From NCBI GenBank assembly GCA_051006395.1, contig JBPCTG010000074.1, positions 1 through 55,776 on the forward strand: 55,776 bases of DNA, given 5' to 3'. Both the position numbers and the translations under genes were made by a program. Shown in pieces: positions 7,799-18,183 of the stretch. This stretch comes from Candidatus Limnocylindrus sp. (GTDB lineage: Bacteria; Chloroflexota; Limnocylindria; Limnocylindrales; Limnocylindraceae). Under the pieces are notes generated by a model, which worked only from the letters and a program-made list of their open reading frames with translations, ran no database searches and was not told the origin of the DNA. Each line of letters starts with the position of its first letter. The first letter of the stretch is position 1.

Positions 7799-8481
7799 CG
7801 CCAGCGCGGCCGCGTATCGGCCGCGAGCTTCCCACCCGCGACCTCGAAATTCATCACGGTCATCCGCAGCGCGCCGTCATTGGCATCGATGAGGTCGGCC
7901 TCGCCCCGCTTGCAGGACCCGTCGTCGCCTGCGCGATCCTCATGCCGGCTGGTGAGCCGATCAGCGGCGTCGCCGATTCGAAGGCGCTCACGCCACTGCA
8001 GCGCCAACGCGCCGCGGTTGCCATTCGCGCCGCAGCGGTCGCGATCGGCGTTGGTGCCGCCTCGGTTCGAGAGGTGGAGAGACTCAATCCTCGCGCCGCG
8101 TCGCACCTTGCAATGCGCCGTGCTGTCGCCCAGCTCGTTCGCCGCCGCGGCGCTCCAATCGACTTTGCGTTGGTCGACGGGTCAGCGGCGCGAGAGCTCA
8201 GCGATCTCATCGGCGCCCATGCGACGATCGTGCGAGGTGACGTGAGCGTTTATCCGATCGCGTGCGCTTCAATCGTAGCGAAGGTGCTCCGCGATGAGTT
8301 AATGCGCCGCCTCTCGTTGCGGTATCCTGGGTACGCCTGGGAGCGAAACGTTGGCTATCCGGCACCCGTCCATCTCGCCGCGCTCGATGCGATCGGAGTG
8401 ACGCCGCATCATCGCCGCAGCTTTGCCCCTGTTGCGGCGCGGCTCGGCGTGTGGAGTGCCGAGGGTAAGCACTCCACGTAA
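7795..8481 (+). CDS. rnhB: Ribonuclease HII
   Basis: The GTG start overlaps the rplS stop (GTGA). VIGIDEVGLAPLAGPVVACA catalytic DE motif, plus DSKALT. Confidence 0.92.
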   Translation: MTPARPRIGRELPTRDLEIHHGHPQRAVIGIDEVGLAPLAGPVVACAILMPAGEPISGVADSKALTPLQRQRAAVAIRAAAVAIGVGAASVREVERLNPRAASHLAMRRAVAQLVRRRGAPIDFALVDGSAARELSDLIGAHATIVRGDVSVYPIACASIVAKVLRDELMRRLSLRYPGYAWERNVGYPAPVHLAALDAIGVTPHHRRSFAPVAARLGVWSAEGKHST

Positions 8482-8491
8482 GACTGATCGG

Positions 8492-8836
8492 GTGACGAGC
8501 GAACAAGAGCGTCAGCGCCGTGGGCGAGCGGGTGAGGAGATCGCCGCAGTGGCCCTCGAGCGATCCGGTTGGAGCATCCTTGCGCGCAACCACCGTCTCG
8601 CGGGGCTTGAGATCGACCTCCTTGCGCGCGATCCCAGCCGGCGACTCGTTGCGGTCGAAGTGCGTCGCAGGGCATCAATCGGCGCAGCAACCCCGCTGCA
8701 ACTTCTCGGCGCGCGCAAGGTTGCGGCGCTCCGCCGCCAGCGCGAGGCGCTCCCGGCCCTTGAACGTATCGACCTACTCCTTGTTCTGGGCCCCGATGGG
8801 GGTGAGCGGTTACGGCTCATCCGAGGGATCACCTAG
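8492..8836 (+). CDS. yraN: YraN family (UPF0102) endonuclease-like protein
   Basis: GRAGEEIAAVALERSGWSILARNHR...EIDLLARD...LVAVEVRRR. GTG 8492 lies just after the rnhB stop. The longest ORF, from 8423, would overlap rnhB. Confidence 0.85.
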   Translation: MTSEQERQRRGRAGEEIAAVALERSGWSILARNHRLAGLEIDLLARDPSRRLVAVEVRRRASIGAATPLQLLGARKVAALRRQREALPALERIDLLLVLGPDGGERLRLIRGIT

Positions 8837-8882
8837 GTCCGAAGCGATGGCCTGGCGGCCCGCGAGAGGGGTCAAGGGCTCG

Positions 8883-8891
8883 TGGTAAGAT
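8883..8891 (+). promoter_or_regulatory. Possible extended -10 (TGG TAAGAT) for rpsB-tsf
   Basis: TGnTAnnnT match about 130 nt upstream of the rpsB ATG, followed by a structured leader (see findings). Confidence 0.3.
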
Positions 8892-9022
8892 CTGCTGGCA
8901 CCCGGCAAACGGGGCCCTCGCCGCAAGGCGGGTAGAACGCACGCGGAGTCAGACGTCCCGCAACGGTGGCCCTTCGGGGTCGCGACGACGTCCCGCGGTG
9001 GAATAACCGTGCAAGGAGAACC

Positions 9023-9895
9023 ATGGCAGCAGTGACGATGCGCGACCTCCTCGAGGTCGGTGCGCATTTCGGGCACCAGACGAAACGCTGGAATCCCAAG
9101 ATGGCGCCATTTATTTACGCCCAGCGCAATGGGATCCACATCCTCGACCTTGCGAAGAGTGCCCAGCACCTCGCAGTCGCCCTCGACGCGGTGCGCGCGT
9201 GCGCCGCAAGCGGCGAGACGATCCTCTTCGTTGGAACAAAGAAGCAGGCTCAGGGCCCAATCACCGAAGAGGCGACCCGCGCCGGCCAGCCATACGTGAC
9301 GAAGCGTTGGCTCGGCGGGATGCTCACGAACTTCCAGACGATTCGCAAGCGCCTCACCCTCATGGAGCAGCTTGAGGCTCGAGAGCAGGCTGGCGAATTC
9401 GCGATCATGTCGAAGAAGGAGGCGGCGCGTCTCGGCGACAAGCTTGAGAAGCTGCGCGGCACCCTCGGTGGCATGCGTCGGCTGCGCCGTGCCCCAGGGA
9501 TGGTCTTCATCATCGATCCGAGCCGCGAGACCCTTGCGGCGACTGAGGCGAACAAGTTGCAGATTCCGGTCGTCGGCACCGCCGATACCAACGTCAACCC
9601 AGACCAGCTCACGTACCCGATCCCGGTGAACGATGACGCGATCAAGTGCATCAAGTTGATCTGCAAGGCTGTTGCCGACGCAGCGATCGAGGGCGCAGCA
9701 GAGCGTGCAGCGCGACTCCCAGAGATCGAGGCGCAAGAGGCGGCCGCTGCCGCCGGCGAGGCCGAATCGCAGCAGCTCCCATCCGACGTGCAGGACGATC
9801 TCGTTGCCGCGATGAGCGCAACGGGAACGCTCAGCTTCTCACCAGACGAAGATCCGCCCGTAGCGCCCGCCTCTGGCGGCGCTTCGGTCGCGTAA
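9023..9895 (+). CDS. rpsB: 30S ribosomal protein S2 (acidic Ala-rich C-terminal tail)
   Basis: [33 protein letters not shown] lies 5 nt upstream of ATG 9023. Confidence 0.95.
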   Translation: MAAVTMRDLLEVGAHFGHQTKRWNPKMAPFIYAQRNGIHILDLAKSAQHLAVALDAVRACAASGETILFVGTKKQAQGPITEEATRAGQPYVTKRWLGGMLTNFQTIRKRLTLMEQLEAREQAGEFAIMSKKEAARLGDKLEKLRGTLGGMRRLRRAPGMVFIIDPSRETLAATEANKLQIPVVGTADTNVNPDQLTYPIPVNDDAIKCIKLICKAVADAAIEGAAERAARLPEIEAQEAAAAAGEAESQQLPSDVQDDLVAAMSATGTLSFSPDEDPPVAPASGGASVA

Positions 9896-9905
9896 GGGGT
9901 TCGGC

Positions 9906-10502
9906 ATGGCAATCAGCGCAGAGGCGGTCAAGGACCTTCGTGAACGAACCGGTGCGGGCTTCATGGATTGCAAGCGCGCACTGGAAGAGTCTGGCGGCGA
10001 CGTCGAGAAGGCGGTCGCAACACTTCGCGAAGCTGGCCTCGCAGCGGCGGCGAAGAAGGCGGGGCGTGACGCTCGCGAGGGGCTCGTCTCTTCGTACATT
10101 CATACGGGGGGTCGCGTCGGCGTGCTCCTCGAGGTGAACTGCGAAACTGACTTCGTTGCTCGCAACGAACAGTTCCAAAAACTCGTGCGCGACATCGCGA
10201 TGCAGATCGCTGGGCTGGCGCCGCTCTACGTGAGCCAGGAGCAGATCCCAGCCGCAACGCTTGCTGCGAAACGCGCGGAGCTCGAGGCCGACGAGGCGCT
10301 CGCTAAGAAGCCCGAGGCGGTGCGCGCACAAATCGTTGAGGGGCAGCTGCGCAAGTGGTTCGAAGAGGTGTGCCTCCTTGACCAGCCCTTCCGAGACGGT
10401 GAGCAGAGCGTTGCCGGTTTGATCACCAACGCCATCGCCACCATCGGAGAGAACATTCGCGTTCGGCGCTTCGTGCGCTACGCGCTCGGCGAGGAGCTCT
10501 GA
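9906..10502 (+). CDS. tsf: Translation elongation factor Ts (short form)
   Basis: UBA-like N-terminus [20 protein letters not shown], plus [14 protein letters not shown]. Confidence 0.95.
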   Translation: MAISAEAVKDLRERTGAGFMDCKRALEESGGDVEKAVATLREAGLAAAAKKAGRDAREGLVSSYIHTGGRVGVLLEVNCETDFVARNEQFQKLVRDIAMQIAGLAPLYVSQEQIPAATLAAKRAELEADEALAKKPEAVRAQIVEGQLRKWFEEVCLLDQPFRDGEQSVAGLITNAIATIGENIRVRRFVRYALGEEL

Positions 10503-10530
10503 GCCCCGCCGCGGGCGCGGCAGGCATGCG

Positions 10531-11262
10531 ATGAGCGGGGCGACGCGTTATCGGCGGATCCTCCTCAAACTCTCCGGTGAGGCCCTTCTCGGTGAACAGC
10601 CGTACGGCGTCGATCCGGCCATCGTCGCTTTCGTCGCTGAACAGGTCCGTAGCGTCCGCGAACTCGGTGTTGAAGTCGGGATCGTGGTTGGTGGCGGCAA
10701 CATTTTCCGTGGCATGGCCGGCGCCGCAACCGGCATGGATCGCGCGACCGCCGACTACATCGGAATGCTTGCCACCGCCATGAACGGCCTTGCGCTCCAA
10801 GACGCGCTCGAACGCGCCGGGGTCCCCACGCGGGTGATGACGGCGATTGACATGAATGAGGTCGCCGAGCCCTACATTCGCCGCCGCGCACAGCGTCACA
10901 TGGAGAAGGGGCGCGTCGTGGTCTTCGTTGCCGGTACTGGCAATCCCTACTTCACCACCGACACCGCCGCGGCCCTACGCGCCGTGGAGATCGGCGCTGA
11001 GGTGGTGCTCAAGGCGACGAAGGATGATGGCGTCTACGACAAAGATCCAGCGAAGCACACCGACGCAAAGAGATTCTCTGCAATCTCGTACACGAAGGTG
11101 CTCGTAGATGGGTTGAAGGTGCTCGATGCGGCGGCGGTCTCGCTCTGCATGGAGAACGACCTACCGATTGTCGTCTTTGATCTCGATGCGCCGGAGAACA
11201 TCCTGCGCGCCGTGCGCGGCGAAGATGTTGGAACCATGATTAGTTCGAAGGGGGAGCGATGA
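10531..11262 (+). CDS. pyrH: UMP kinase
   Basis: [20 protein letters not shown], and the amino-acid kinase fold pattern. Confidence 0.95.
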   Translation: MSGATRYRRILLKLSGEALLGEQPYGVDPAIVAFVAEQVRSVRELGVEVGIVVGGGNIFRGMAGAATGMDRATADYIGMLATAMNGLALQDALERAGVPTRVMTAIDMNEVAEPYIRRRAQRHMEKGRVVVFVAGTGNPYFTTDTAAALRAVEIGAEVVLKATKDDGVYDKDPAKHTDAKRFSAISYTKVLVDGLKVLDAAAVSLCMENDLPIVVFDLDAPENILRAVRGEDVGTMISSKGER

Positions 11263-11804
11263 GCGAGAGCGTTGACGTGCGCATGGCAAAGGCGGTCGAG
11301 GCGTTCGGCCGCGACCTAGGCGGATTCCGCACCGGCCGAGCGAGCGCCTCGCTCGTCGAACGCGTGGTTGTTGAACACTACGGCGCCGCGACGCCGCTCA
11401 ACCAACTCGCTGGGATCAGCGTCCCCGAGAGCACGCTGCTCGTGATCCAGCCATACGACCCTGGAGCGATCGCTGCGGTCGAGAAGGCTCTCAACAACGC
11501 GCAGCTCGGAATGACTCCCGCCGTCGATGGCGGCGTTATTCGCCTCCGTGTTCCTTCGATGACTGAAGAGCGCCGCAAAGACTTGGTGAAGCAGATGCAC
11601 AAGCGCGCCGAAGAGGCGCGTATTGAGATCCGTAACGTGCGACGCGATGAGCAGGAGGCAGCGAAGCGTGCCGAGAAAGATAAGGAGATCGGCAGCGACG
11701 AGGCACATCGACGCCTTGACGCCCTCCAGAAGCTAACCGACGCGAAGACGACAGAGATCGACAAGTTGCTTGCATCGAAGGAGCGCGAGGTTCTCGAGAG
11801 TTGA
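11259..11804 (+). CDS. frr: Ribosome recycling factor
   Basis: ATGA overlap with pyr[16 protein letters not shown] and IRNVRRDE motifs. Confidence 0.95.
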   Translation: MSESVDVRMAKAVEAFGRDLGGFRTGRASASLVERVVVEHYGAATPLNQLAGISVPESTLLVIQPYDPGAIAAVEKALNNAQLGMTPAVDGGVIRLRVPSMTEERRKDLVKQMHKRAEEARIEIRNVRRDEQEAAKRAEKDKEIGSDEAHRRLDALQKLTDAKTTEIDKLLASKEREVLES

Positions 11805-12550
11805 CCGACGGCGGCCTGCGCCGACCGGAAGACGCTCCGTCACTCGTCCACGCTGAGGCGGTGATTGGCGTCGCCCCGCGCCACGTGGCGATCATCATGG
11901 ACGGCAACCGACGTTGGGCCCGCGACCGCGGCATTGACGAGCTCGATGGGCATGCAGCTGGCACCGAGGCGCTGCGTGGTGTCGTCACTCGTGCCGCAGA
12001 GCTGGGGATCAAACACCTCACGGTCTATGCGTTCAGCCGTGAGAACTGGGGGCGCTCCGATCGCGAGATCGAGCAACTGTTTACCCTTCTCGCGAGCACC
12101 ATCGAGCGCGAGACGCCTGAGCTTGCCAAGAATGGCATCAGTGTCGACTTCCTCGGCCGGCTGGGTGAGCTCCCTGAAGGCGCTGCGGCACGGATCGCCG
12201 CAGCGTGTGCAACCACTGCCGCCGGCAGGAGAATGCATCTCCATGTGGCATTCAACTACGCAGGGAGGACGGAGATCATTGACGCTATTCGAGCGATCGT
12301 CCGCTCTGGGGTCAAGGCTGAGGCGATCGACGAGGCGAGCGTCGCGACCCATCTCTACACGAAGGGAATCCCAGATCCAGATCTGCTTATTCGCACCGGA
12401 GGTGAAGAACGCCTTTCGAACTTCCTTCTCTGGCAGACCGCCTACGCCGAGATGATCACGCTGCCGACCCTCTGGCCCGACTTTACCGCAGAGGATCTCG
12501 ACCGCGCGCTACAGGCCTACGCTGAGCGCCCGCGGCGGTTCGGCCGATGA
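11801..12550 (+). CDS. uppS: Isoprenyl transferase / undecaprenyl diphosphate synthase
   Basis: TTGA overlap with frr. HVAIIMDGNRRWA, TVYAFSRENWGR, RTGGEERLSNFLLWQ. Confidence 0.92.
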   Translation: MTDGGLRRPEDAPSLVHAEAVIGVAPRHVAIIMDGNRRWARDRGIDELDGHAAGTEALRGVVTRAAELGIKHLTVYAFSRENWGRSDREIEQLFTLLASTIERETPELAKNGISVDFLGRLGELPEGAAARIAAACATTAAGRRMHLHVAFNYAGRTEIIDAIRAIVRSGVKAEAIDEASVATHLYTKGIPDPDLLIRTGGEERLSNFLLWQTAYAEMITLPTLWPDFTAEDLDRALQAYAERPRRFGR

Positions 12551-13380
12551 TGAGCGGCGTGTTGGCGAACAGCGTGTTGCGCGAAAGGGCCCGCGGTGCG
12601 CTCTACGTGGTGCCTGCGGGCGTCCTGCTCCTTGCCTGGCCGCTCGGAACCTACCTCGTTACCTTCGCCCTGATCGCCTTGGCGTCACGGGAGGGAGCGC
12701 ACCTGTTCGGCGCCTTTAGCGGTGCTGCATCGGAGCGTCGCATCGCGCTGATGCTCTCCGTAACGCTCTTCGGCGGCGCGATCTCTGGTGGCGCGGCGAT
12801 CGCTGTGCTCTCGATCGCTGCGCTATCGATCATCGCCGGCGAGCTCTACGTGCTGCTCGACGCTGATCACGAACACATTGTCGAGCGCGCGCACGGACTG
12901 ATCGCCGACCTCACGGTGGCGCTCTGGCTCTCGCCGCTGCTGCTGTTGCCAGCGCTCGCCTCGGCACGCGTCGGCTTCCCTGCGCCGCTTCTTGCCTGGC
13001 TCCTCGCAGTTGTTTGGGGCGCCGACACTGGCGCCTATTTGATTGGACGCCGATACGGTCAACGCAAGCTTGCGCCGAGCCTGTCGCCGAAGAAGAGCAT
13101 CGAGGGCCTCATCGGTGGGGTTGCCGTGGCAGCGGTTTCGAGCGCGCTCGTCGCAGTGTTGCTCCTCGGCGCTTCGCCGCTTTGGGGGATCTTTTGGGGG
13201 GCGCTCACCGCGGTGGCTGCCGAGGGTGGAGACCTGCTCGAGTCGATGATCAAGCGGGCCGCTCGTGCAGAGAACGCGTCGACGCTGATCCCTGGTCACG
13301 GCGGCGTGCTCGATCGCATCGATAGCCTGCTGCTCGCGCTCCCCGTGGCGCTGATCGCTTCGTTCAGCCTCGGTGGCTGA
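12547..13380 (+). CDS. cdsA: Phosphatidate cytidylyltransferase
   Basis: ATGA overlap with uppS. Multi-pass membrane protein with the CTP-transferase signature SMIKRAARAENASTLIPGHGGVLDRIDS. Confidence 0.88.
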   Translation: MMSGVLANSVLRERARGALYVVPAGVLLLAWPLGTYLVTFALIALASREGAHLFGAFSGAASERRIALMLSVTLFGGAISGGAAIAVLSIAALSIIAGELYVLLDADHEHIVERAHGLIADLTVALWLSPLLLLPALASARVGFPAPLLAWLLAVVWGADTGAYLIGRRYGQRKLAPSLSPKKSIEGLIGGVAVAAVSSALVAVLLLGASPLWGIFWGALTAVAAEGGDLLESMIKRAARAENASTLIPGHGGVLDRIDSLLLALPVALIASFSLGG

Positions 13381-13381
13381 G

Positions 13382-14518
13382 ATGCGCCAGAGGGTTGCGA
13401 TCCTCGGTGCGACTGGTTCGATCGGCAGCCAGGCGCTCGACATCATCGTCCAGAACCCGGAGCGCTTTGAGGTTGTCGCCCTTGCCTGCGGTCGGCGATC
13501 GGATGCCGCCGGAGCCGTAGCGGCGGCGCACCCAGGGGCGTCGCTGCTCGTCGGTGGGAACTCATCAGAACTGGAGAAGCTCGTCCTCTCTTCTGCGCCA
13601 GACCTTGTGTTGGTGGCAACAACAGGGCTGGTTGCACTCCCAGCAACGATCGCTGCGCTCGATGCCGGGGTGGCGGTCGCGATCGCCAACAAGGAGACGA
13701 TCGTCGCCGGCGGCGAGTTGGTGATGGCCGCGGCACGGCGCGCGGCGCAGGCTGCAAAGAGCACGCCGCTCGAGCGGCTGCGGCCGGTCGACAGCGAACA
13801 CTCAGCGCTCTGGCAGTGCCTCAACGGTGAGGACCCCGCGCGCGTGGAACGCCTTTTGCTCACGGCGAGCGGCGGACCGTTTCGCACCTGGGAGGCGGAG
13901 AGGATCTCCGCAGCGCTCCCCACCGAAGCGCTCAAGCACCCAACGTGGAGCATGGGGGCAAAGATCACCGTCGACTCGGCCTCGCTCGTGAACAAGGGGC
14001 TCGAGGCGATCGAGGCGCAACGCCTCTACGGAGTGCCGATGGAGCGCGTCGGAATCCTCGTCCACCCCGAGAGCGTGGTGCATGCGCTCGTGACGTTCAG
14101 TGACGGTTCGACGATGGCCCAGCTCGCGAGCGCCGACATGCGCGGGCCGATCGGATACGCCCTCGGGTATCCTCAGCGTATGGAGCGCTTGATCCCTCCC
14201 GTCGACTTGGCGGCGCGCGGCACGCTCACCTTTGACGCCCCCGATCTTTCGCGCTTCCCAGGACTAGCTATCGCGATCGCAGCGGGGCGCTCTGGGGTTC
14301 GTGCGACGAGCGCTCTCATCGCCGCAGATGACGTGGCGGTCAGCCGCTTCCTAGCTGGCGAGTGCAAGTTCGGTGCAATCCCCGTGATCATCGAGGCTAC
14401 GGTTGCTTCCTTGGAGAGTGGAGCGACGCCGACGAGCGTCGAAGCGCTACTGGAGCTCGATGCAGAGGCACGCGCGTACGCAACGGCGCTGCCGATCCCT
14501 GAGGTGCTTCGTGCCTGA
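13382..14518 (+). CDS. dxr: 1-deoxy-D-xylulose 5-phosphate reductoisomerase
   Basis: MRQRVAILGATGSIGSQALDI, DSEHSALWQ. ATG 13382 is preferred. GTG 13373 is the longest-ORF start. Confidence 0.93.
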   Translation: MRQRVAILGATGSIGSQALDIIVQNPERFEVVALACGRRSDAAGAVAAAHPGASLLVGGNSSELEKLVLSSAPDLVLVATTGLVALPATIAALDAGVAVAIANKETIVAGGELVMAAARRAAQAAKSTPLERLRPVDSEHSALWQCLNGEDPARVERLLLTASGGPFRTWEAERISAALPTEALKHPTWSMGAKITVDSASLVNKGLEAIEAQRLYGVPMERVGILVHPESVVHALVTFSDGSTMAQLASADMRGPIGYALGYPQRMERLIPPVDLAARGTLTFDAPDLSRFPGLAIAIAAGRSGVRATSALIAADDVAVSRFLAGECKFGAIPVIIEATVASLESGATPTSVEALLELDAEARAYATALPIPEVLRA

Positions 14519-15590
14519 TCTCGGTGCGCTCCTCGGCGGCATCGTCGGGCCACTCCTCGCGATGATCTTCATCGTCGTCCCGCTCGTGGTCATCCACGAG
14601 CTCGGACACCTGTTCGCCGCGCGTTGGCGCGGTATTGCCATCGACGAATTCGGGCTCGGCTTTCCGCCGCGCGTCGCGACGATCGCCCAACGTGGGCGCA
14701 TGGCGATCACCCTCAACGCGCTGCCGATCGGAGGATTCGTGCGCATGGTCGGCGCGGAGGAGGGGAGTGACGAGCCAGAGGGGTGGGACCGCTCCTCGCT
14801 TCGCTCAAAGGTGCTCGTCATGCTCGCCGGAATCGCCGCAAACTTCCTGCTTGCCTTCGTGTTGCTCACCGCCGTCGCCGGCCCGTTCGCCGAGCGCGGC
14901 GCCGTGGTCGTGGGAAGTGTTCAGGCTGACTCGCCGGCAGCAGCCGCAGGCCTACAGATTGGCGATCGCATCACCGCGATCAACGGCGCGGCGTTCGACC
15001 GTATGGGTGGTAGCCCCTTTGCGGCGCACGTTGGCGAGAGGGTTGTGCTCACCATTGAACGGAGCGGGACCAGCAGCGACGTCACTGCAACGCTCCGCGA
15101 CGGCGAAGGTGCACTTCGCAGCGGAGTGCTCGGGATCTCAATTCGCGAGTTTGCGGCTGCCGGAGCGTACGACCGCTCCCTCGTTGAAGCGATCACGATC
15201 GGTGCAACCGAGACGGTCACCAGCTCCGTGGCCGTTCTGGCCGGGCTCGGTGCAATTGCTGCCGCGCCTTTTAACGGTGACGGCGCGGGTCTCTCTGGTC
15301 CGATCGGGATTGCAGTGAGCGTCTCTGAGGTGGCGGGATCGATCGGTATCGCAGGACTCCTGCGCTTCGCCGGCCTCCTCTCCGCAAACCTTGCTGTGCT
15401 CAACCTGCTGCCGATCCCACCGCTCGACGGCGGGCGCATCGCAGGGCTGCTGCTCCGCCGTGTGCTCGGTGGCGCGCGCGGAAAGACCGTGGAGCGGCGT
15501 TTGATCATCGTCGGCGCAGTGGCGATGCTCGCCCTCTTCGCAGTGGTCACCTTTGGAGACCTGCTGCGTATCTTCACGGGGCAGGGATAG
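14511..15590 (+). CDS. rseP: Site-2 (M50) zinc metalloprotease, RseP/Rip1-like
   Basis: GTG 14511 overlaps the dxr stop by 8 nt. HELGH zinc motif in TM1, a PDZ segment ([13 protein letters not shown]), and [11 protein letters not shown]. Confidence 0.88.
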   Translation: MPDLGALLGGIVGPLLAMIFIVVPLVVIHELGHLFAARWRGIAIDEFGLGFPPRVATIAQRGRMAITLNALPIGGFVRMVGAEEGSDEPEGWDRSSLRSKVLVMLAGIAANFLLAFVLLTAVAGPFAERGAVVVGSVQADSPAAAAGLQIGDRITAINGAAFDRMGGSPFAAHVGERVVLTIERSGTSSDVTATLRDGEGALRSGVLGISIREFAAAGAYDRSLVEAITIGATETVTSSVAVLAGLGAIAAAPFNGDGAGLSGPIGIAVSVSEVAGSIGIAGLLRFAGLLSANLAVLNLLPIPPLDGGRIAGLLLRRVLGGARGKTVERRLIIVGAVAMLALFAVVTFGDLLRIFTGQG

Positions 15591-16870
15591 TGGCCCGCGA
15601 TCTCAACGTGGTGGCGCGACCGGCCGCTGATCGCCCCGACCTGCTGCGCCCAAAGCGCCGTTCGACCCCGAGCGTTGATGTCGGGGGAGTGCTCGTCGGA
15701 TCCGCGCATCCAGTCGTGGTGCAGTCGATGACGAACACCGACACCGCCGACGCGGCCTCAACGGCAACGCAAGTTGCCAGCCTTGCCGCAGCAGGGAGCC
15801 AGCTCGTTCGAGTCACGGTGAACACCGACGCGGCGGCGAAGGCGCTCCCTGAACTCGCCACACGTCTGGCCGATCTTGGCGTAAAGGTACCGATCGTCGG
15901 CGACTTTCACTACAACGGCCACAAGCTGCTTGCCGCGTATCCGGCAGCGGCGGCGATGCTCGCGAAGTACCGGATCAATCCCGGCAATGTCGGAACAAAG
16001 CACCGCGACGAGAACTTCCAGACGATCGTAAAGATTGCGGTCGACAACGGGAAACCGGTGCGCATCGGAGTGAACTGGGGATCGCTCGACCAGGATCTGC
16101 TCACGAGGCTGATGGAGGAGAACGCAGCATCATCGGCGCCAACTTCGTCGCGCGCCGTCACCATTGAGGCGATTGTGCGGAGCGCACTGCAGTCAGCGGA
16201 GCTTGCCGAAGCAACGGGCCTTGGACACGACCGGATCTTGCTCTCAGCAAAGACATCGAACGTGCGCGACCTCATCGATGTGTATCGCGAGCTCGCCGGG
16301 CGTTGCGACTACCCGCTGCATCTCGGCCTTACCGAGGCGGGGATGGGGGCGAAGGGGATCGTCGCCAGCGCATCAGCCCTTGGCGTGCTTCTCAACGAGG
16401 GGATCGGCGACACGATCCGCGTCTCCCTGACCCCAGAGCCTGGGGCCGACCGTGCCCTTGAGGTTGAGGTGGCGCAGCAGATCTTGCAGTCGATGGGGTT
16501 GCGCGCGTTCATGCCGCAGGTCACATCGTGCCCGGGCTGCGGCCGAACGACGAGTAGCTTTTTCCAAGAGATGGCCAAAGAGATCCAGGACTACCTACGC
16601 GAGCAGATGCCACGCTGGCGCGGCGCTCACCCCGGCGTCGAAGGGCTCGAGGTGGCGGTGATGGGCTGCGTCGTGAATGGCCCTGGTGAATCAAAGCACG
16701 CCAACCTCGGCATCAGCCTCCCTGGAACGTTCGAGGAGCCCGTTGCCCCCGTCTTCGTCGATGGCGCACTCCGCACCACCCTCCGAGGCGATCGGATTGT
16801 CGCGGAGTTCATCGAGATCCTCGATGCCTATGTGGCCCAGCACTATCCCGCGGTGCCGCAGGAAACCTGA
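15590..16870 (+). CDS. ispG: 4-hydroxy-3-methylbut-2-enyl diphosphate synthase
   Basis: The GTG start overlaps the rseP TAG by 1 nt. [29 protein letters not shown]. Confidence 0.93.
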   Translation: MARDLNVVARPAADRPDLLRPKRRSTPSVDVGGVLVGSAHPVVVQSMTNTDTADAASTATQVASLAAAGSQLVRVTVNTDAAAKALPELATRLADLGVKVPIVGDFHYNGHKLLAAYPAAAAMLAKYRINPGNVGTKHRDENFQTIVKIAVDNGKPVRIGVNWGSLDQDLLTRLMEENAASSAPTSSRAVTIEAIVRSALQSAELAEATGLGHDRILLSAKTSNVRDLIDVYRELAGRCDYPLHLGLTEAGMGAKGIVASASALGVLLNEGIGDTIRVSLTPEPGADRALEVEVAQQILQSMGLRAFMPQVTSCPGCGRTTSSFFQEMAKEIQDYLREQMPRWRGAHPGVEGLEVAVMGCVVNGPGESKHANLGISLPGTFEEPVAPVFVDGALRTTLRGDRIVAEFIEILDAYVAQHYPAVPQET

Positions 16871-17022
16871 CCAGCGTCGTAGCTCGGCGGCCCCGCCCCT
16901 AGCCCCCTTCCTGTAGGGCCTTGGCGACGCAAGCCTCGTGCTGGCCGTGAGCACCCCCTTCGAGACCAGAATCGGGGGGACCCCCGTGCTATGATTCCCC
17001 CGATAACGGCCGCCGGACGAAG

Positions 17023-17052
17023 AGACGTGGGTGACCCCGCGTCTTTTTTATT
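17023..17052 (+). terminator. Intrinsic terminator-like hairpin plus T-tract between ispG and nusA
   Basis: AGACGUGGG-UGAC-CCCGCGUCU forms a 9-bp stem with one G-U pair and a 4-nt loop (17023-17044). It is followed by TTTTTATT, a T-run that is conspicuous in this GC-rich sequence. Confidence 0.6.
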
Positions 17053-17082
17053 CGGGGTCGACTGAACAAAAGGAGGCTGCCG

Positions 17083-18183
17083 ATGAGTAAGGAGCTGGTG
17101 AGCGCCCTCGTGCAACTGGGGGCGGAGCGGGGGATTGACCGAGAGAGCGTCCTCCTGGCGGCGGAGGAGGCCTACGGCGCCGCCCTCAACCGCAAGCACG
17201 GATCTGCGGATATCCATGTGCGCCTTGATCCAGAGAGCGGTGCGATGCGCGTCTTCCGCGCCCGTCGCGTCGTGGAGGAGGTGCTCCAGCCAGGGGCGGA
17301 GTGGACGGTCGATGAGGCGCGCGGCACGAAGGCTGACGCCGCAGTCAACGACCTTGTGGAGACCGAAGAGCTGAGCCCTGAGATCGGCCGAATCGTGGCG
17401 GCACAGGCGCGCCAGACCCTTCAGGCTCGCCTTGTGCAGATTCAACGCGACAGCGTGATGCGCTCCTTCGCCGAGAAGGCGGGGGGGATCGTCACCGGTG
17501 TCGTCGCGCGCGCCGACCGGCGCAACTTGGTGCTCGACCTCGGCAAGGCCGAAGGGTATCTCCCTGCGACGGAGCAGAGCGCCCTCGACACCTTCCGCAT
17601 CGGCGAGAACGTGCGCGCGCTCCTCTTGGAGGTTCGCACCACCGTTCGAGGACCAGAGATCATGTTGAGCCGCACGCACAAGGACTTCGTGCGCAAGCTT
17701 TTCGAGATCGAGGCGCCCGAGATCGGTGACGGAAGCGTCGAGATCGTTGGGCTCGCGCGCGATCCAGGAAGTCGCACCAAGGTCAGCGTCCTCTCCCGAG
17801 TCCCTGGCCTTGACGCCGTCGGCGCTGTCATCGGGCAGCGCGGCTCGCGAGTGCAGGCGATCGTGGAGGAGCTCGGCGGCGAGAAGATCGACATCATCGG
17901 ACACGTTGACGACGCCGCTGAAATGATCGGGCGCGCCCTCTCGCCGGCCCCGGTGAGCTCGGTGGTGATCGACGAGGCGACGAAGACCGCGCGGATCATC
18001 GTTCCTGAACGCGCCCTCTCCCTTGCGATTGGGCGCGAGGGCCAGAACGCACGCCTTGCTGCGCGCCTGACCGGATACCGCATCGACATCGCCAGCGACG
18101 CACCAGCTGCCCATGAAGGTGGGGAGGTGGTTGCCGCCGCAGCGACGGACGAGAGCGACGCACAGCCAGTGGGCGAGGCGTAG
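17083..18183 (+). CDS. nusA: Transcription termination/antitermination factor NusA (no C-terminal AR repeats)
   Basis: AAAGGAGG Shine-Dalgarno 7 nt upstream. NTD, S1 (GIVTGVV) and two KH domains (GQRGSRVQAI, IGREGQNARLA). Confidence 0.95.
   Translation: MSKELVSALVQLGAERGIDRESVLLAAEEAYGAALNRKHGSADIHVRLDPESGAMRVFRARRVVEEVLQPGAEWTVDEARGTKADAAVNDLVETEELSPEIGRIVAAQARQTLQARLVQIQRDSVMRSFAEKAGGIVTGVVARADRRNLVLDLGKAEGYLPATEQSALDTFRIGENVRALLLEVRTTVRGPEIMLSRTHKDFVRKLFEIEAPEIGDGSVEIVGLARDPGSRTKVSVLSRVPGLDAVGAVIGQRGSRVQAIVEELGGEKIDIIGHVDDAAEMIGRALSPAPVSSVVIDEATKTARIIVPERALSLAIGREGQNARLAARLTGYRIDIASDAPAAHEGGEVVAAAATDESDAQPVGEA

Noticed and set aside
16871-17020. Possible tRNA or small RNA in the ispG-nusA spacer (C5/G6/C5 runs at 16954-16985)
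   Set aside because: No cloverleaf or known ncRNA signature could be recognised by eye. The runs allow several competing short stems but nothing diagnostic.
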